NCBI GenBank assembly: GCA_000004985.1
Contig: GG738888.1
Length of the DNA: 64,000 nucleotides
Strand: one strand, 5' to 3'
Source of the DNA: Naegleria gruberi
Taxonomy: Eukaryota
Shown here: positions 1 through 10,235 of the stretch, piece after piece
Layout of the letters: each line of letters starts with the position of its first letter
Numbering within the stretch: the stretch's first letter is position 1
Notes under the pieces: model-generated
Databases searched by the model: none
Told to the model about the DNA's origin: nothing
Seen by the model: only the letters and a program-made list of their open reading frames with translations
Program-made: the position numbers and the translations under genes

Positions 1-86
1 TGTAGATCATTTCGAACAGAAAACTAAAAAACGAAAATAAAAATCATGAAATATCTTAATTATAATTTTAATGAAACATTGTTGTT

Positions 87-2388
87 TTGTACGCCTTTCG
101 AAATTCACTGAGAGTGACTCAACATCATCTCCTTAAAAATCAACTGTCATCAAACAACAAAAAAATGGGAAAAAAGAAGAAGCCAGCTACCACTAATACA
201 AGTGCCTATCAACAAGTGGATGATGATGGCGATTCTCTCTTGATACAGGAACCTGTTGTACTTCAATCAACAACACCAAAACAAGAACCAATTTTTAGTC
301 AGGGAGGAAGTGTTCCTATTGATGATCAATTAGATGATGTTTACAATAATTCTCAAACATACAACAACAATACTTCATCATCGGTTTTTATTCCATCCTC
401 CTCATCTAATGGAAACAATCCACCAAATAACAATAATAAGAATGATTTCGATGATGATGGAACTAAAGTAATGACCTTTGAAGAGGCTGTCGAATATATT
501 GGATTTGGATGGTATCAAATATTCCTAATGAATATTTGTGGTGCTGGTAAGTGACAATCTAATAATGTGTTGGGAGATTTTAATCCTATTAGGTTGGTTA
601 TTTGATGGTATCGAGTTGACAATGATTAGTTTTATTATTCCACAATTAACTGATGAATGGTCAATGACTCCAGTCCAAGCTGGATCTTTGGGAAGTGCTG
701 TTTTTGCAGGCATGATGATTGGAGCTTGGTTGGGAGGTTAGTTTTTAAAAATCAAAATTTAGTATTAATTGCTTAATTCTAAATCATGTTTGAAAATAGG
801 AATTGTTTCTGATAAGGTTGGAAGAAAAGTAAGTTTATTAATAATTGAGGAGTTTTCTGAAAATTGTAAAGTGGATCTTTTGTGGCAGTGTATTTATTAG
901 TGCAACATTTGGGCTTGCCTCTTCATTTTCTAATGGATACATAGCTTTTATTTTCCTTAGATTCTTTGTTGGATTGGGTTTAGGTGCGATGGTTCCAGGT
1001 TTGTATCAAGTTGATTGGCTGCTTAAATTTATCAAATTCATATCATTTATTTAAATAATTAATAGTTGATTTTTCATTATGTGAGTATGAAAATATTTCA
1101 AAGTTTTCTAATTATCATGTTAGTTATGGAATTCATTCCACCAAAGAATAGAGGTGCTATTTTGGGTGTTTTGAACATTTATTGGAGTATTGGAGCTGCT
1201 TTCGAGTGTTTAATTGCCTGGATCTGTTTACAAGCTGGTGGTTTCAGTTTAGAGACCTCATGGAGATGGGTTGTTGCTTTGAGTTCAATTCCTGGTTTTG
1301 TAATATTTATTTCACGTTTATTTGTTCCAGAAAGTCCAAGATTCAATGCTCTCAGAAATAAGGCATCTGAAGTTCACAAGGTTATCAACACTATGGCTGA
1401 GGTCAATTGTATTTCTAGAGATGATCCAAAGAAGGGATGGATTTTCAGAAGATCCAAGTGGAGACTCAGACTTCCAAAAGTTGAAAAGCAACTGAGTCCT
1501 TGGGAACAATTGAAGAATTTATTCGCTAAAGATTACATTCTTGGTTCATTCCTGTTGTGGATTATTTGGTTCTTTATGAGTTTTGGTGGCTGGGGATGTA
1601 AGTATAATATTAATTTCCATATCAAGTTAACGTATTTTAATAGTTAATTGTAAGTATTCCATTATTACAGCGATTATTTAACAATTATACAGTCTTGTTA
1701 CCAATTGTATTTATCAAATTGCAGAACAATAACGTGTATTTGAATACTTTCTATGTAACTGGTGTAGGATTCATCTCAAACATTTTCACTTTATTTATTA
1801 TTGATAGAATTAGTAGAAGAGCCTTGATGAGTAGTACATTTATTATTACTGGTTTATTAACAGCAGTTGTTGGTATTAGTGAAGATCCAATCTATGTATT
1901 GGTATTTTCAATGTTGAGTAATTTCTTCTCTTCATTCCCATGGGCAGGTAAGTTTGTCACTTTACAAAAATTATCAATTCTTCACATCTTCTTCAGTTGT
2001 TTACACGTATACACCGGAATTTTACCCAACCTCTTTCAGAGCTACTGGTATGGGAACATGTTCTGCATTTACAAGATTGGCTGGTACAATTACTCCAATT
2101 GTTGGTGAAGTCTTGTTGAAGGAGAATTACTTTATTCCATTCCTTGTGTTTGGTATTGCATTCTTCATTAGTGGTGTGGCTGCAATCTTCCTTCCAAGAG
2201 AAACACTTGGTCAAGCTCTCGAAGACGTTTCAGGAGAATCTCACTTTTTGCCAAACTCAAAGAGCCACTTCCAAGTTGAAACTTTGGGCACTCCATCAGT
2301 TCCATCCTCAAGTACTGATCTCACTTCATCTCTTTTGGAAGAAGATAAGATTTATACTGCTTCCAATGATACAGCTATTAATGTTTAA
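87..2388 (+). CDS. Major facilitator superfamily transporter, SV2/SVOP-like (sugar-transporter family), 7 exons
   Basis: The ORF-track pieces 87..554, 538..741, 845..1054, 1066..1647, 1695..2108 and 1954..2388 join into one reading frame through short introns with GTAAGT/GTTAGT/GTTTGT donors and AG acceptors. Approximate exons: 87-546, 593-736, 800-828, 872-998, 1124-1597, 1693-1947, 1997-2388 (introns 43-125 nt). MFS signatures are present: D-K-V-G-R-K after TM2, F-L-R-F-F-V-G-L-G-L-G, E-F-I-P-P-K-N-R-G, and I-D-R-I-S-R-R in the second half. About 12 hydrophobic helices. Confidence 0.6.
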
Positions 2389-2488
2389 TAAAACAAAGTT
2401 GTGTAAAAATTATTTCTAATCATTATCCCATTATTCAATTGGAATTACATTCGCAAATTGTTTTTTCAATTTATTAAAGTTAAGTATT

Positions 2489-2606
2489 GACTACGGCCAT
2501 ATCACGATGAATGCACCTCATCCCGTCCGATTTGAGAAGTTAAGCATCGTCGAGCCACATCAGTACTGAGGTTGGAGACAACTTGGGAACCTGTGGTGCT
2601 GTAGTC
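2489..2606 (+). rRNA. 5S ribosomal RNA (copy 1)
   Basis: A 118-nt sequence GACTACGGCCATATCACGATGAATGCACCTCATCCCGTCCGATTTGAGAAGTTAAGCATCGTCGAG...GGTGCTGTAGTC matches the eukaryotic 5S consensus (CCATA.CAC, CATCCCGTCCGAT, AAGTTAAGC, GTACT, GGGAGAC-like blocks). The 5' GACTACGGC pairs with the 3' GCTGTAGTC to form helix I. It is followed immediately by a T5 run. Confidence 0.8.
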
Positions 2607-2611
2607 TTTTT
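2607..2611 (+). terminator. Pol III terminator T-run after 5S copy 1
   Basis: TTTTT lies directly 3' of the 5S helix I. Confidence 0.5.
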
Positions 2612-3283
2612 CTTAGTGTTAAAGAAAAAAGATATTGATTGCTTAATAAAAGTCTTTTTCAAACTAACACTTTTAATCCAACTTTTATGTAAAATATTAA
2701 AAATGACTCGCATTGAATTTCTATTATTTAACAGAGCGAGAAATCATACCAGATGAATCCTCACAGGAAAAAATTGAGAAGGAGGGCAACAACCACTTTG
2801 ATTATTGACCAAACTCTGGCTACTCATCCTCAGAGTGCAAGGAGGAGAGTTTCCAGATTCACATTTCAGTCTGCATGATCACTGAAATGTCCTTCAAGGT
2901 AAGTATGAAGAAACCAAAGAGTGGAAATTCGAACAAATCTTAAAAACCTTTCTCGATGGATGTTTTTTGAAAACTGAATTATGGTCGTTGTTTGTTTTTT
3001 CATGATTAGACTTCTTTGAAATAGTTGAACATGGAGCAAACACAGAGTGACATTATTACATTGAACTTTAATTGCGAGAATTGAACAAGGAGTTCAATAG
3101 ATAATAAAGAAAATGGGTCAAAAAATGTTCAACTGTGCATTATTGAATATTTCCATTTTGGTTTTTATTTACAATGATTGCCAAGGTTTACAACATTTTG
3201 AAGTCTTTTTGTAATGTCATTAAGGTTCTATTATTTGAGAATTGTTTCATTGCAATATTATTAAAAATACCAAATGTGTGAAA

Positions 3284-3353
3284 TCGGGTGTGGTATAGTG
3301 GTAGCATTCCAGACTGTCACTCTGGCGACCCGGGTTCAATTCCCGGCACTCGA
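3284..3353 (+). tRNA. tRNA-Asp (anticodon GTC)
   Basis: A cloverleaf can be drawn. The acceptor stem TCGGGTG/CACTCGA has one G-T wobble. The anticodon stem CCAGA/TCTGG carries the loop CTGTCAC, giving anticodon GTC. The T-stem is CCGGG/CCCGG with loop TTCAATT. An A-box (TGGTATAGTGG) and a B-box (GGTTCAATTCC) are present. The sequence resembles the conserved eukaryotic tRNA-Asp(GUC) family. A T5 run sits 7 nt downstream. There is no intron and no encoded CCA. Confidence 0.8.
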
Positions 3354-3359
3354 GATTAA

Positions 3360-3364
3360 TTTTT
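3360..3364 (+). terminator. Pol III terminator T-run after tRNA-Asp
   Basis: TTTTT lies 7 nt after the acceptor 3' end. Confidence 0.45.
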
Positions 3365-3723
3365 GCTTCCATAGCAGGTATTTACGTTTTGATATTTTTA
3401 CCATATGTTCAATTCAATTTAATCTATAAATCCATCATTTATTACAGTTTCATATCTTAAAACCATTAGTAAAATAGCCTCAGCTTTGGGTCTATTTTTT
3501 TGATTTTTTATCCATTTTTAAAAAAATATTAAAGTAAAAAAACTATTTTTTGAGATATCTCCCAAAGGTTCACCTAATATTTATAAATAAACAATTTAAT
3601 GAAATTCCTCAATTCATGGTATCTTAATTCTACGCACGACCACCAAAATAACGATTCTGCTCATCCTTCCACCACAAGGCATTCTCAAAGAAACTTAAAT
3701 AAAGCCAAGCACTCTTAAAAAAA

Positions 3724-4632
3724 ATGAGAAGAACAATCATCAGCTCAATCTCGAGAATTTCATCATCAACAAGGAAATCATCATCACTAACCGGATCATC
3801 ATCTTTAAATTATCATTATAATTTTACTAGATTGGATGCCAGAAAGGAGATGTTCCCTGAGGAAGCAGCAATTTTTGAAAAGATCGTTCTTCAAAGAAAA
3901 GCCATCAAATCTTTCAATTCCGATAAACCAGTTCCAATGGATGTATTAAATCATATTCTTGCACTTACTCAACGTGCACCAACTGGATATAATCTTCAAC
4001 CTTGGACTGCTGTTGTTGTTTCGGATCCAGAAAAGAAGAAGGCTCTTCATGAAGCTGCATTATCTCAACCCAAGATTTTGGAAGCACCAATCACAGTTGT
4101 TTTTGCAGCAAATCTTAATGCATTGGCCAATCAAAGTAAAGTGATCTCAATGAATGTACAAAATGGAATGATGAGTGAGAATGAAGCTGCCACCATGTCT
4201 AGAAACACAACTGCATTGCTCAAATCTGATCCAACCTGTATTATACAAGCTGCCAAATTTGTTGTTGGTTCAGTGTGGAGTTTATTTAAACCAATGATGG
4301 TTCCTCCAATCAATATGAAGGCTTATGTGTGGAAACAAACAATGATGCCAGTTCAAACGTTCATGTTGGCTGCCAGTAGTCATGGATTAGATACTTGTCC
4401 AATGGAAGGATTTGATGAGAGAAGAGTTAGACAAGTTGTTGGACTCCCTTGTAATTATTCTATTCCAATTATTGTCTCACTTGGTTATGCATCTGATCAT
4501 GCCATTAATCAGAGACCTCAATCTCTCAGATTGAATCCAGAAGATCAATTCTTTGACAATACTTTTGGAAATCAAAAGAAGGATATCAAATCATTCAATG
4601 AATCTATTCTGAATAAGAAGAATTCTCAATAA
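3724..4632 (+). CDS. Nitroreductase-family flavoprotein, probably mitochondrial
   Basis: Single exon, ATG confirmed at 3724. The N-terminus (MRRTIISSISRISSSTRKSS) is basic, Ser/Arg-rich and presequence-like. The nitroreductase-fold motif ...APTGYNLQPWTAVVV...PITVVFAA... and a C-terminal ...GLDTCPMEGFDE... are present. Confidence 0.6.
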   Translation: MRRTIISSISRISSSTRKSSSLTGSSSLNYHYNFTRLDARKEMFPEEAAIFEKIVLQRKAIKSFNSDKPVPMDVLNHILALTQRAPTGYNLQPWTAVVVSDPEKKKALHEAALSQPKILEAPITVVFAANLNALANQSKVISMNVQNGMMSENEAATMSRNTTALLKSDPTCIIQAAKFVVGSVWSLFKPMMVPPINMKAYVWKQTMMPVQTFMLAASSHGLDTCPMEGFDERRVRQVVGLPCNYSIPIIVSLGYASDHAINQRPQSLRLNPEDQFFDNTFGNQKKDIKSFNESILNKKNSQ

Positions 4633-4733
4633 ATATAATACTATGATTTTATCATAGAAGAATAATTTATTAAATTGATTAATTTTTGAATTAATTGAAC
4701 ATCAACATTCAATAATTTATAATTTACAAAAAA

Positions 4734-6365
4734 ATGCAAACAAGCAAATTGTTATCAACATCGAGGATTTTCCTTCTCGGATCAAGCAAATTATTTACTT
4801 GTGGTTCTAGAGTTGTTATTAGTCAACAACCGATTTTTCAATCAACAAGACCATTTAGTACTCAATTGAATAAGTTATGCTCGGAATCATCAATAAGAAA
4901 ATCCAAGCCTTCGTTCAAGAAGGAAAAATCCTTTGGAGCATCATCATCGGAAAAGAAGAATAAACCAATCAATATGGAAAAGAAAGATTTTCAGAAAAAC
5001 AAGGTTGCACCATCAACAATAGAAAAGAAAGAAAAGAAATTAACCTATTCACCAGAGGAGAAGAGTCACTACTTTCAACAAATTATATTTCCTTTAAGAA
5101 AAGCATTGAAAGAAAGAAATATTGAAAAGTGTTTATGGTTTTTTGAAAGTGAAGCACCAAAATATTTAGTGAGCATTCCAATTCAAGAAACCAATGAAAT
5201 GTTAGTTCTTTTGGGTGGTGTTGGTAATTTCAAAAAAGCTTATGAGATGTACTCTAAAGTTTTGGAAAAGTATCAAAGTAGTGGTGGAGCCAAACCTGAT
5301 ATTAACACTGTTGAGAGTTTGTTCTTTGCTGCCAAACAAAATAGAGATTTATCATCATTGAATATGTTGAAAAGATTGGAGGTAGTATTGTTGGACGACA
5401 TGGAAGCTCTTAATCTTAAATTGAATAATAGAATTTTCCACGATTTGATTGCTGTTATATTATATGGACTTAGGGGTTCACATAGTGCTGATTTAAAGTC
5501 AGCTCTCAATGGAGAAGAAGTAAGAGGAACTCCATACTTGGAATTAACATCTAAAACTATTTTGGAATTATATAACAAACTCACTAATAAGACCAAGTTT
5601 GTACATACTACAATGATTCAATATCTCCAAAAAATGGGTGATGTTGAATATATTTTCCATATCTATGATGAATTGAAGAAGGGAGAAAATTCTGTTGCTT
5701 TAGATACTACATTTTACAATACTTTAATTATGTGTTTAATTTCAAACAAATTTGAAACCTATGACGATGTTCTTTTCATGTTTGAAGTCTACAGAGAAAT
5801 GGTTGAAGTTGGTGGATGTAAACCTTCGTGTCACACATATAACATGATGCTTTCTGCTCTCAAAGTAGCTCATGAAAAAAACATGTTTGAAAATAGAATT
5901 GAGTACAAAGAAAAAGTTTATGGCCTCTATAAGGAAATTAATTTCAGATTGAATCCAATTGAAATAGATCCTCCACTATTGAACCTTCTTTCTCAATTGT
6001 TGAGCTATATAGGAAAGTTAAAAGAGTCTAGAGAGTTAATTAACGCACAACCTTTAAATATTACACCTTTAACCGTTCAATTTTTATTGAGAAAGGCCGT
6101 TACAGTTGAATGTGAATCTATTGGGGACTTTAAGGCTAATGTAGCTCCATTACTTGGCTTGCTTTCTGATAAGGGGTATAAGATGACTTCTGAATTTTTG
6201 AACTTTTTGGTATTGAGAATGTTAGATACCTACAAACCACTCAGAATTATTGAAATACTTGTTCAATATGTATACGAACATTTTGGAGTTAAAATAACGA
6301 TAGAACCAAGAACAGTCGAAAAGAATAAGATGGATTTCATTAAAAAATTAAGAGAGACCGTTTAA
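4734..6365 (+). CDS. Helical-repeat (PPR-like) protein, putative organellar RNA-binding
   Basis: Single exon, ATG at 4734. The N-terminus is basic and Ser-rich. There are repeated ~35-aa helical units with PPR-like spacing (...YNTLIMCLISNKFETYDDVLFMFEVYREMVEVGGCKPSCHTYNMMLSAL...). Its stop codon overlaps the stop of the convergent SCY1-like gene. Confidence 0.4.
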   Translation: MQTSKLLSTSRIFLLGSSKLFTCGSRVVISQQPIFQSTRPFSTQLNKLCSESSIRKSKPSFKKEKSFGASSSEKKNKPINMEKKDFQKNKVAPSTIEKKEKKLTYSPEEKSHYFQQIIFPLRKALKERNIEKCLWFFESEAPKYLVSIPIQETNEMLVLLGGVGNFKKAYEMYSKVLEKYQSSGGAKPDINTVESLFFAAKQNRDLSSLNMLKRLEVVLLDDMEALNLKLNNRIFHDLIAVILYGLRGSHSADLKSALNGEEVRGTPYLELTSKTILELYNKLTNKTKFVHTTMIQYLQKMGDVEYIFHIYDELKKGENSVALDTTFYNTLIMCLISNKFETYDDVLFMFEVYREMVEVGGCKPSCHTYNMMLSALKVAHEKNMFENRIEYKEKVYGLYKEINFRLNPIEIDPPLLNLLSQLLSYIGKLKESRELINAQPLNITPLTVQFLLRKAVTVECESIGDFKANVAPLLGLLSDKGYKMTSEFLNFLVLRMLDTYKPLRIIEILVQYVYEHFGVKITIEPRTVEKNKMDFIKKLRETV

Positions 6366-9208
6366 TATTCGTCATCAGAATCAGCTGCATGTCTAGACAA
6401 TAAAGCGTCGAAATCGTCCTCGACAACATTTGATTTTCTGCTTGGGAAATTGTAAGTACTTCTTTGTGGAATTACAGGGCTAGCATCATCGTCATTTTCA
6501 GAATCATGATGTAAGAAAGAGGTTGGAGAAAGAGGTTTGGAAATTGCTGGTTGGTAGGTAGTAGTTGGTTGAGGAGTATCTTCGTCATCAGAATCATCTG
6601 CAAACTTGTTCAAAATAGAGTCCAAACTACCTGGTTCTGGTTTAGAAGGAGCCAATTCAACTACTGGTTGACTGATTGGAGACTTTCTTGGAGAAATCTT
6701 AGTTTCTGATGAACGTCTTCTATCGTTATTTGTTACAACTGGTTTTGGTGGTTCATCATCTTCAGAGTCAGAATCAGCAAACTTCATTCTGGCAGCCATT
6801 TGATCCAAATGGATTTCTCCTGAATTGACTGCTGAAGTAACAGGCTTAGTTGCAGCAGGTTGAGAACTGAACACTGAGGAAGACATTTTCTTTTCTTTAG
6901 GAGATTCCTCATCGTCTCCTCCCCAATGTTTATCCATCAAAGAGTCAAAAAGCTTTGCATTTTCACGTTGAATTCTTTGTCTTTCCTCTTCTTCCTTTCT
7001 CAATCTTTCTTCTTCTCTTCTCAATTCTTCTTCTTCTTCTTGTATTCTGAGCAAGTTTTCCTTTTCTTGTTCATCCATAAACAAATTATTTTGATCTACA
7101 ACATTTGCTGGAACCTCATTCAAAATATTTTGAATAACATTTGGTTTCTTTGGATCTTGTGTTTGTGGTTTCTTTACAGTTGTTACAGGAGTTGGTTGAT
7201 TAAATGTTGGAGTTGGTTGGTTGAATTGAGGAGTAGGTGGATTAAAGGTTTGAGGAGGGTTAAAAGGTGGAGATGTAATTGCACTTGTTGGTGAGTCTTG
7301 AGGAATAAGTTGTGGCATATCAGGTACAGTGCTACCTGCCTTTCTATATTCATCATACCTGATCATTTCCATCATTTCAATCATGGTTTTCATGGCCTTT
7401 AAATATTTAGTAAATTGGTCAACATTCAAAGATGTTTGCACGGCAATTGGAGAAATTGAAGGCATTATTCTACATGCTATAATCTTAGTCAATCCTGGAT
7501 CATTTCTCTTTTGTAAAAGTTTAGAAATCTTAAGATAAACACCAACACAGGTAATTAAAAGTGGTGCAGAGAGTTGAGCACCAGATCTTTCAGCTCCATA
7601 AAGAGGAGCAAGAGATGATTCTAAAATTGGTATAATTGTAGCAGATATTACAGAGGTTTCAAAATGTGGTAAAATTTTGCCAAGACAAACAATACCATTA
7701 ATTCTTACACTTTGATTGTTAGTATTGTGACAAATCAACTCAATAGGTGGCAATAAAGTAGATTTGAAATCATCATAGGTCATTCTCTCTTCGTTCAAAC
7801 ATTCTTCACATCTCTTCATGGCTTCATTTTGAATTTCTGGGAACTTGCTATCTAGACATCTAATCAAGAATGGAATTAAACAAAGTCTATGGTCTTCATC
7901 AGTTGTCTTATTCCACATCAAGTTGAAACTTTCCAGAATTTTCAATGGAATTTTTGCAGGAGTGCTTTGCATCAATGCAAACTTTGAAAGAGTAGGCAAA
8001 ACTTGCTTACTAAATTCCTTGACTGTCATTCTTTCACTCAATACAAGTACGTTTGGCAATGCATGTAATAACATCTTTAAATCTTTGCATTCATTCAATA
8101 ATGGAGGTAAAATTTTAGAAAAGACAATACTGTTGGAAAATCCTTCATCTGGAATGTCTTCAACTCCATTAATCAATTGTTGAGGTTTAGGTGCTTTAAG
8201 CATAGGAGCAAGTGTAGACAAGAATTGTGCCTTCTTGACAGGCTCTCTAAGCTCCATACTGGCAAGATATCTCAATGCCCTAACTTCATTTCCGAATAAT
8301 AGTTCACAATTTGAAAGAAGGAAATGTGAGGTAGGTCTTTCCTGGTGTTTCAATGAGCATGAACTCAATAATGATTCTCTGATTTCTTGTGGAAGCTTGT
8401 TAATGTTCTTTACAACTTCATGCAATCTAGAAACGTTATTGGTGTATGCATTAATATCTTGATCAGATTCCAAAATAGAATGTGATTTTTCAAGAAGTAT
8501 TTGCAAATAAATAAGGGTAAAAGAAAAAATATCGGAAGAATTACAAGGATTTTGTTCTAACACATATTCAGGTGCTGTATAATCCAATGATGGAAGGAAA
8601 TCTCTTTTTTGAAAGTTTCTTTTGAAGAGAGTCGGTGCAGAGTTTGTTTCCGTAGATCCTAATGCTGTAAATGAAAAGTGAAATCCACTAATTTTCCAAT
8701 GACCATCAGTTGTAATATAAATATTATTTGGATGCAATCCAGCGTGAGTTAGTTTTGCATTTTGATGGCAAAAAGTTAAAGCTTCCATTACTTGACACAT
8801 TCCATACTTTAATTCCAACTTGGTTAAACGATAATTCTTCATCATTGGTGATACGTCAGGAATGTTTTGATGATTTCTAAACACTAAATTGTTCAATGAT
8901 CCTAGTATCGGTTCGGTTATCATCGCCAACATTGTTTTTGTTTCAAAGAATTGTTGTTGGGGAGACAGTATTAGAGGATGCCTGAGTTTTTGTAGCATTA
9001 GGCTTTCATTCTTGAAGTAATTTATCACAGTTTGAAGATTATTTCTTCCATAGACAGCTTCAATATCTTTAAAAGCACAACAAAACACAGAAACTTCCTC
9101 TCTTGTTTGTCTGTGAGTTCCGTTATGTATTCTCCAAAGGCAAAAAGGACCACCAGTTGCAAATGGTTTTTCTCCAATAGTATAATCCTTTTCTAATTGA
9201 TTGCCCAT
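6362..9208 (-). CDS. SCY1-like protein (N-terminal pseudokinase + HEAT repeats + coiled-coil/acidic tail)
   Basis: 948-aa single exon, ATG at 9208. The N-terminal kinase-like domain lacks canonical catalytic motifs (..QKLRHPLIL..., ...HAGLHPNNIYIT...). A HEAT region carries the SCYL-conserved ...NGIVCLGKILPHF... block. A charged coiled-coil (EEEEELRREEERLRKEEEERQR) and an acidic Ser/Asp C-terminus follow. Confidence 0.65.
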   Translation of the reverse strand: MGNQLEKDYTIGEKPFATGGPFCLWRIHNGTHRQTREEVSVFCCAFKDIEAVYGRNNLQTVINYFKNESLMLQKLRHPLILSPQQQFFETKTMLAMITEPILGSLNNLVFRNHQNIPDVSPMMKNYRLTKLELKYGMCQVMEALTFCHQNAKLTHAGLHPNNIYITTDGHWKISGFHFSFTALGSTETNSAPTLFKRNFQKRDFLPSLDYTAPEYVLEQNPCNSSDIFSFTLIYLQILLEKSHSILESDQDINAYTNNVSRLHEVVKNINKLPQEIRESLLSSCSLKHQERPTSHFLLSNCELLFGNEVRALRYLASMELREPVKKAQFLSTLAPMLKAPKPQQLINGVEDIPDEGFSNSIVFSKILPPLLNECKDLKMLLHALPNVLVLSERMTVKEFSKQVLPTLSKFALMQSTPAKIPLKILESFNLMWNKTTDEDHRLCLIPFLIRCLDSKFPEIQNEAMKRCEECLNEERMTYDDFKSTLLPPIELICHNTNNQSVRINGIVCLGKILPHFETSVISATIIPILESSLAPLYGAERSGAQLSAPLLITCVGVYLKISKLLQKRNDPGLTKIIACRIMPSISPIAVQTSLNVDQFTKYLKAMKTMIEMMEMIRYDEYRKAGSTVPDMPQLIPQDSPTSAITSPPFNPPQTFNPPTPQFNQPTPTFNQPTPVTTVKKPQTQDPKKPNVIQNILNEVPANVVDQNNLFMDEQEKENLLRIQEEEEELRREEERLRKEEEERQRIQRENAKLFDSLMDKHWGGDDEESPKEKKMSSSVFSSQPAATKPVTSAVNSGEIHLDQMAARMKFADSDSEDDEPPKPVVTNNDRRRSSETKISPRKSPISQPVVELAPSKPEPGSLDSILNKFADDSDDEDTPQPTTTYQPAISKPLSPTSFLHHDSENDDDASPVIPQRSTYNFPSRKSNVVEDDFDALLSRHAADSDDEY

Positions 9209-9491
9209 CCCGTGTGATGAAGATTGATGATTGGAACAATAAATTTAATTTTTTTTAATAAATAATTTTTGTATTTTTAGATTTTATGTGTTGGCAATTA
9301 GAAATTATAATGAATGCACAAAGGAACATTACGTTGTTTCTCTCTTTGCTTTGTCAGGCAAAGGAGTAATTAGAATGTGAGCACTTCATACATCCATCTC
9401 CGATAGCAATATCATATTTATAATAATCACTCCTCATTCCGAAATCATATTTACATTTTATTTACAAGCACCATTTGAACATATTCAACAG

Positions 9492-10004
9492 TTATTCTTG
9501 AGATTGAATATCAATAGATCTAACCTTTGGAGTTTGTTTTTGTTCAGTCTTAATCTTTTCCAAAATAATCTTCAATTGACCATCTTTCATTTGAGCTTTG
9601 AGTTGTTCAATCTTGACATCATCTGGAATTGTGAATCTTCTCTCAAATGAAGATGAGCTTCTCTCCTTGATGTGATACTTTCCTTCCTTATCTTTCTCTT
9701 CCTTTTCATTCTTGGTTTCTCCTTTGAGAGTGAGTGTTCTTGTTTCTTCGTCCAAATCCAATTTAATGTTATCTTTTGTGAAGCCTGGAACATCAGCAGT
9801 TAACTCGTAGCTAGTTTCATTTTCCTTGACATCGACAGCTGGTGCATTGAAAGATCGTTGTTGAGAGAATGGAGAAAGTGAATCGAATTCTTTGAAGAAT
9901 GAATCGATATGTGGATCATTGAAGAAGTTGGCTGGAAAACCAAATGGTTTTCTATACACTGGATTCATAACCTTGTTAACGTTTCTTACTAGCTTATCAA
10001 TCAT
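9492..10004 (-). CDS. Small heat-shock protein (alpha-crystallin/HSP20 domain)
   Basis: 170-aa single exon, ATG at 10004. The alpha-crystallin domain pattern ...SYELTADVPGFTKDNIKLDLDEETRTLTLKGE...FERRFTIPDDVKIEQLKAQMKDGQLKIIL is present. Confidence 0.7.
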   Translation of the reverse strand: MIDKLVRNVNKVMNPVYRKPFGFPANFFNDPHIDSFFKEFDSLSPFSQQRSFNAPAVDVKENETSYELTADVPGFTKDNIKLDLDEETRTLTLKGETKNEKEEKDKEGKYHIKERSSSSFERRFTIPDDVKIEQLKAQMKDGQLKIILEKIKTEQKQTPKVRSIDIQSQE

Positions 10005-10235
10005 TTCTATTTAGTTGTAATTGAAAATTTCTTTTTGATTTGGTTTTACAAAGTGCGCAATGTGTAAGTCAATTTATTGTTTGTAAATTCCGAAAACAAA
10101 CAACTTCCGATAAGATCTAAAAATGTTTTTCAATTTTTGATTGAACACTCTTTTGGGCTTGCTTCATATTCGGAACAAGTGAAAATAGACTCATTAGTTT
10201 GGTAATAGTAAGACGAATGGCTGATTCAGATTGAA

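Noticed and set aside
2700-3283. tRNA-gene-targeted retrotransposon (TRE/DGLT-like) remnant upstream of tRNA-Asp
   Set aside because: Social-amoeba retroelements insert at fixed distances from tRNA genes, so I looked. I found no reverse-transcriptase or gag-like ORF, no terminal repeats or target-site duplication, and no poly(A) tail. Only an ORF-free segment is present, reported separately as a possible ncRNA.
6926-7294. Nested or antisense ORFs inside large genes (for example 6926..7294, 7329..7538, 28118..28384, 30508..31038, 33740..34009, 43079..43615, 47975..48232, 45757..46094)
   Set aside because: They lie entirely within and antisense to, or out of frame with, well-supported long ORFs. 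They have low-complexity or skewed composition typical of the opposite strand of AT-rich coiled-coil or repeat coding sequence, and they have no motifs.
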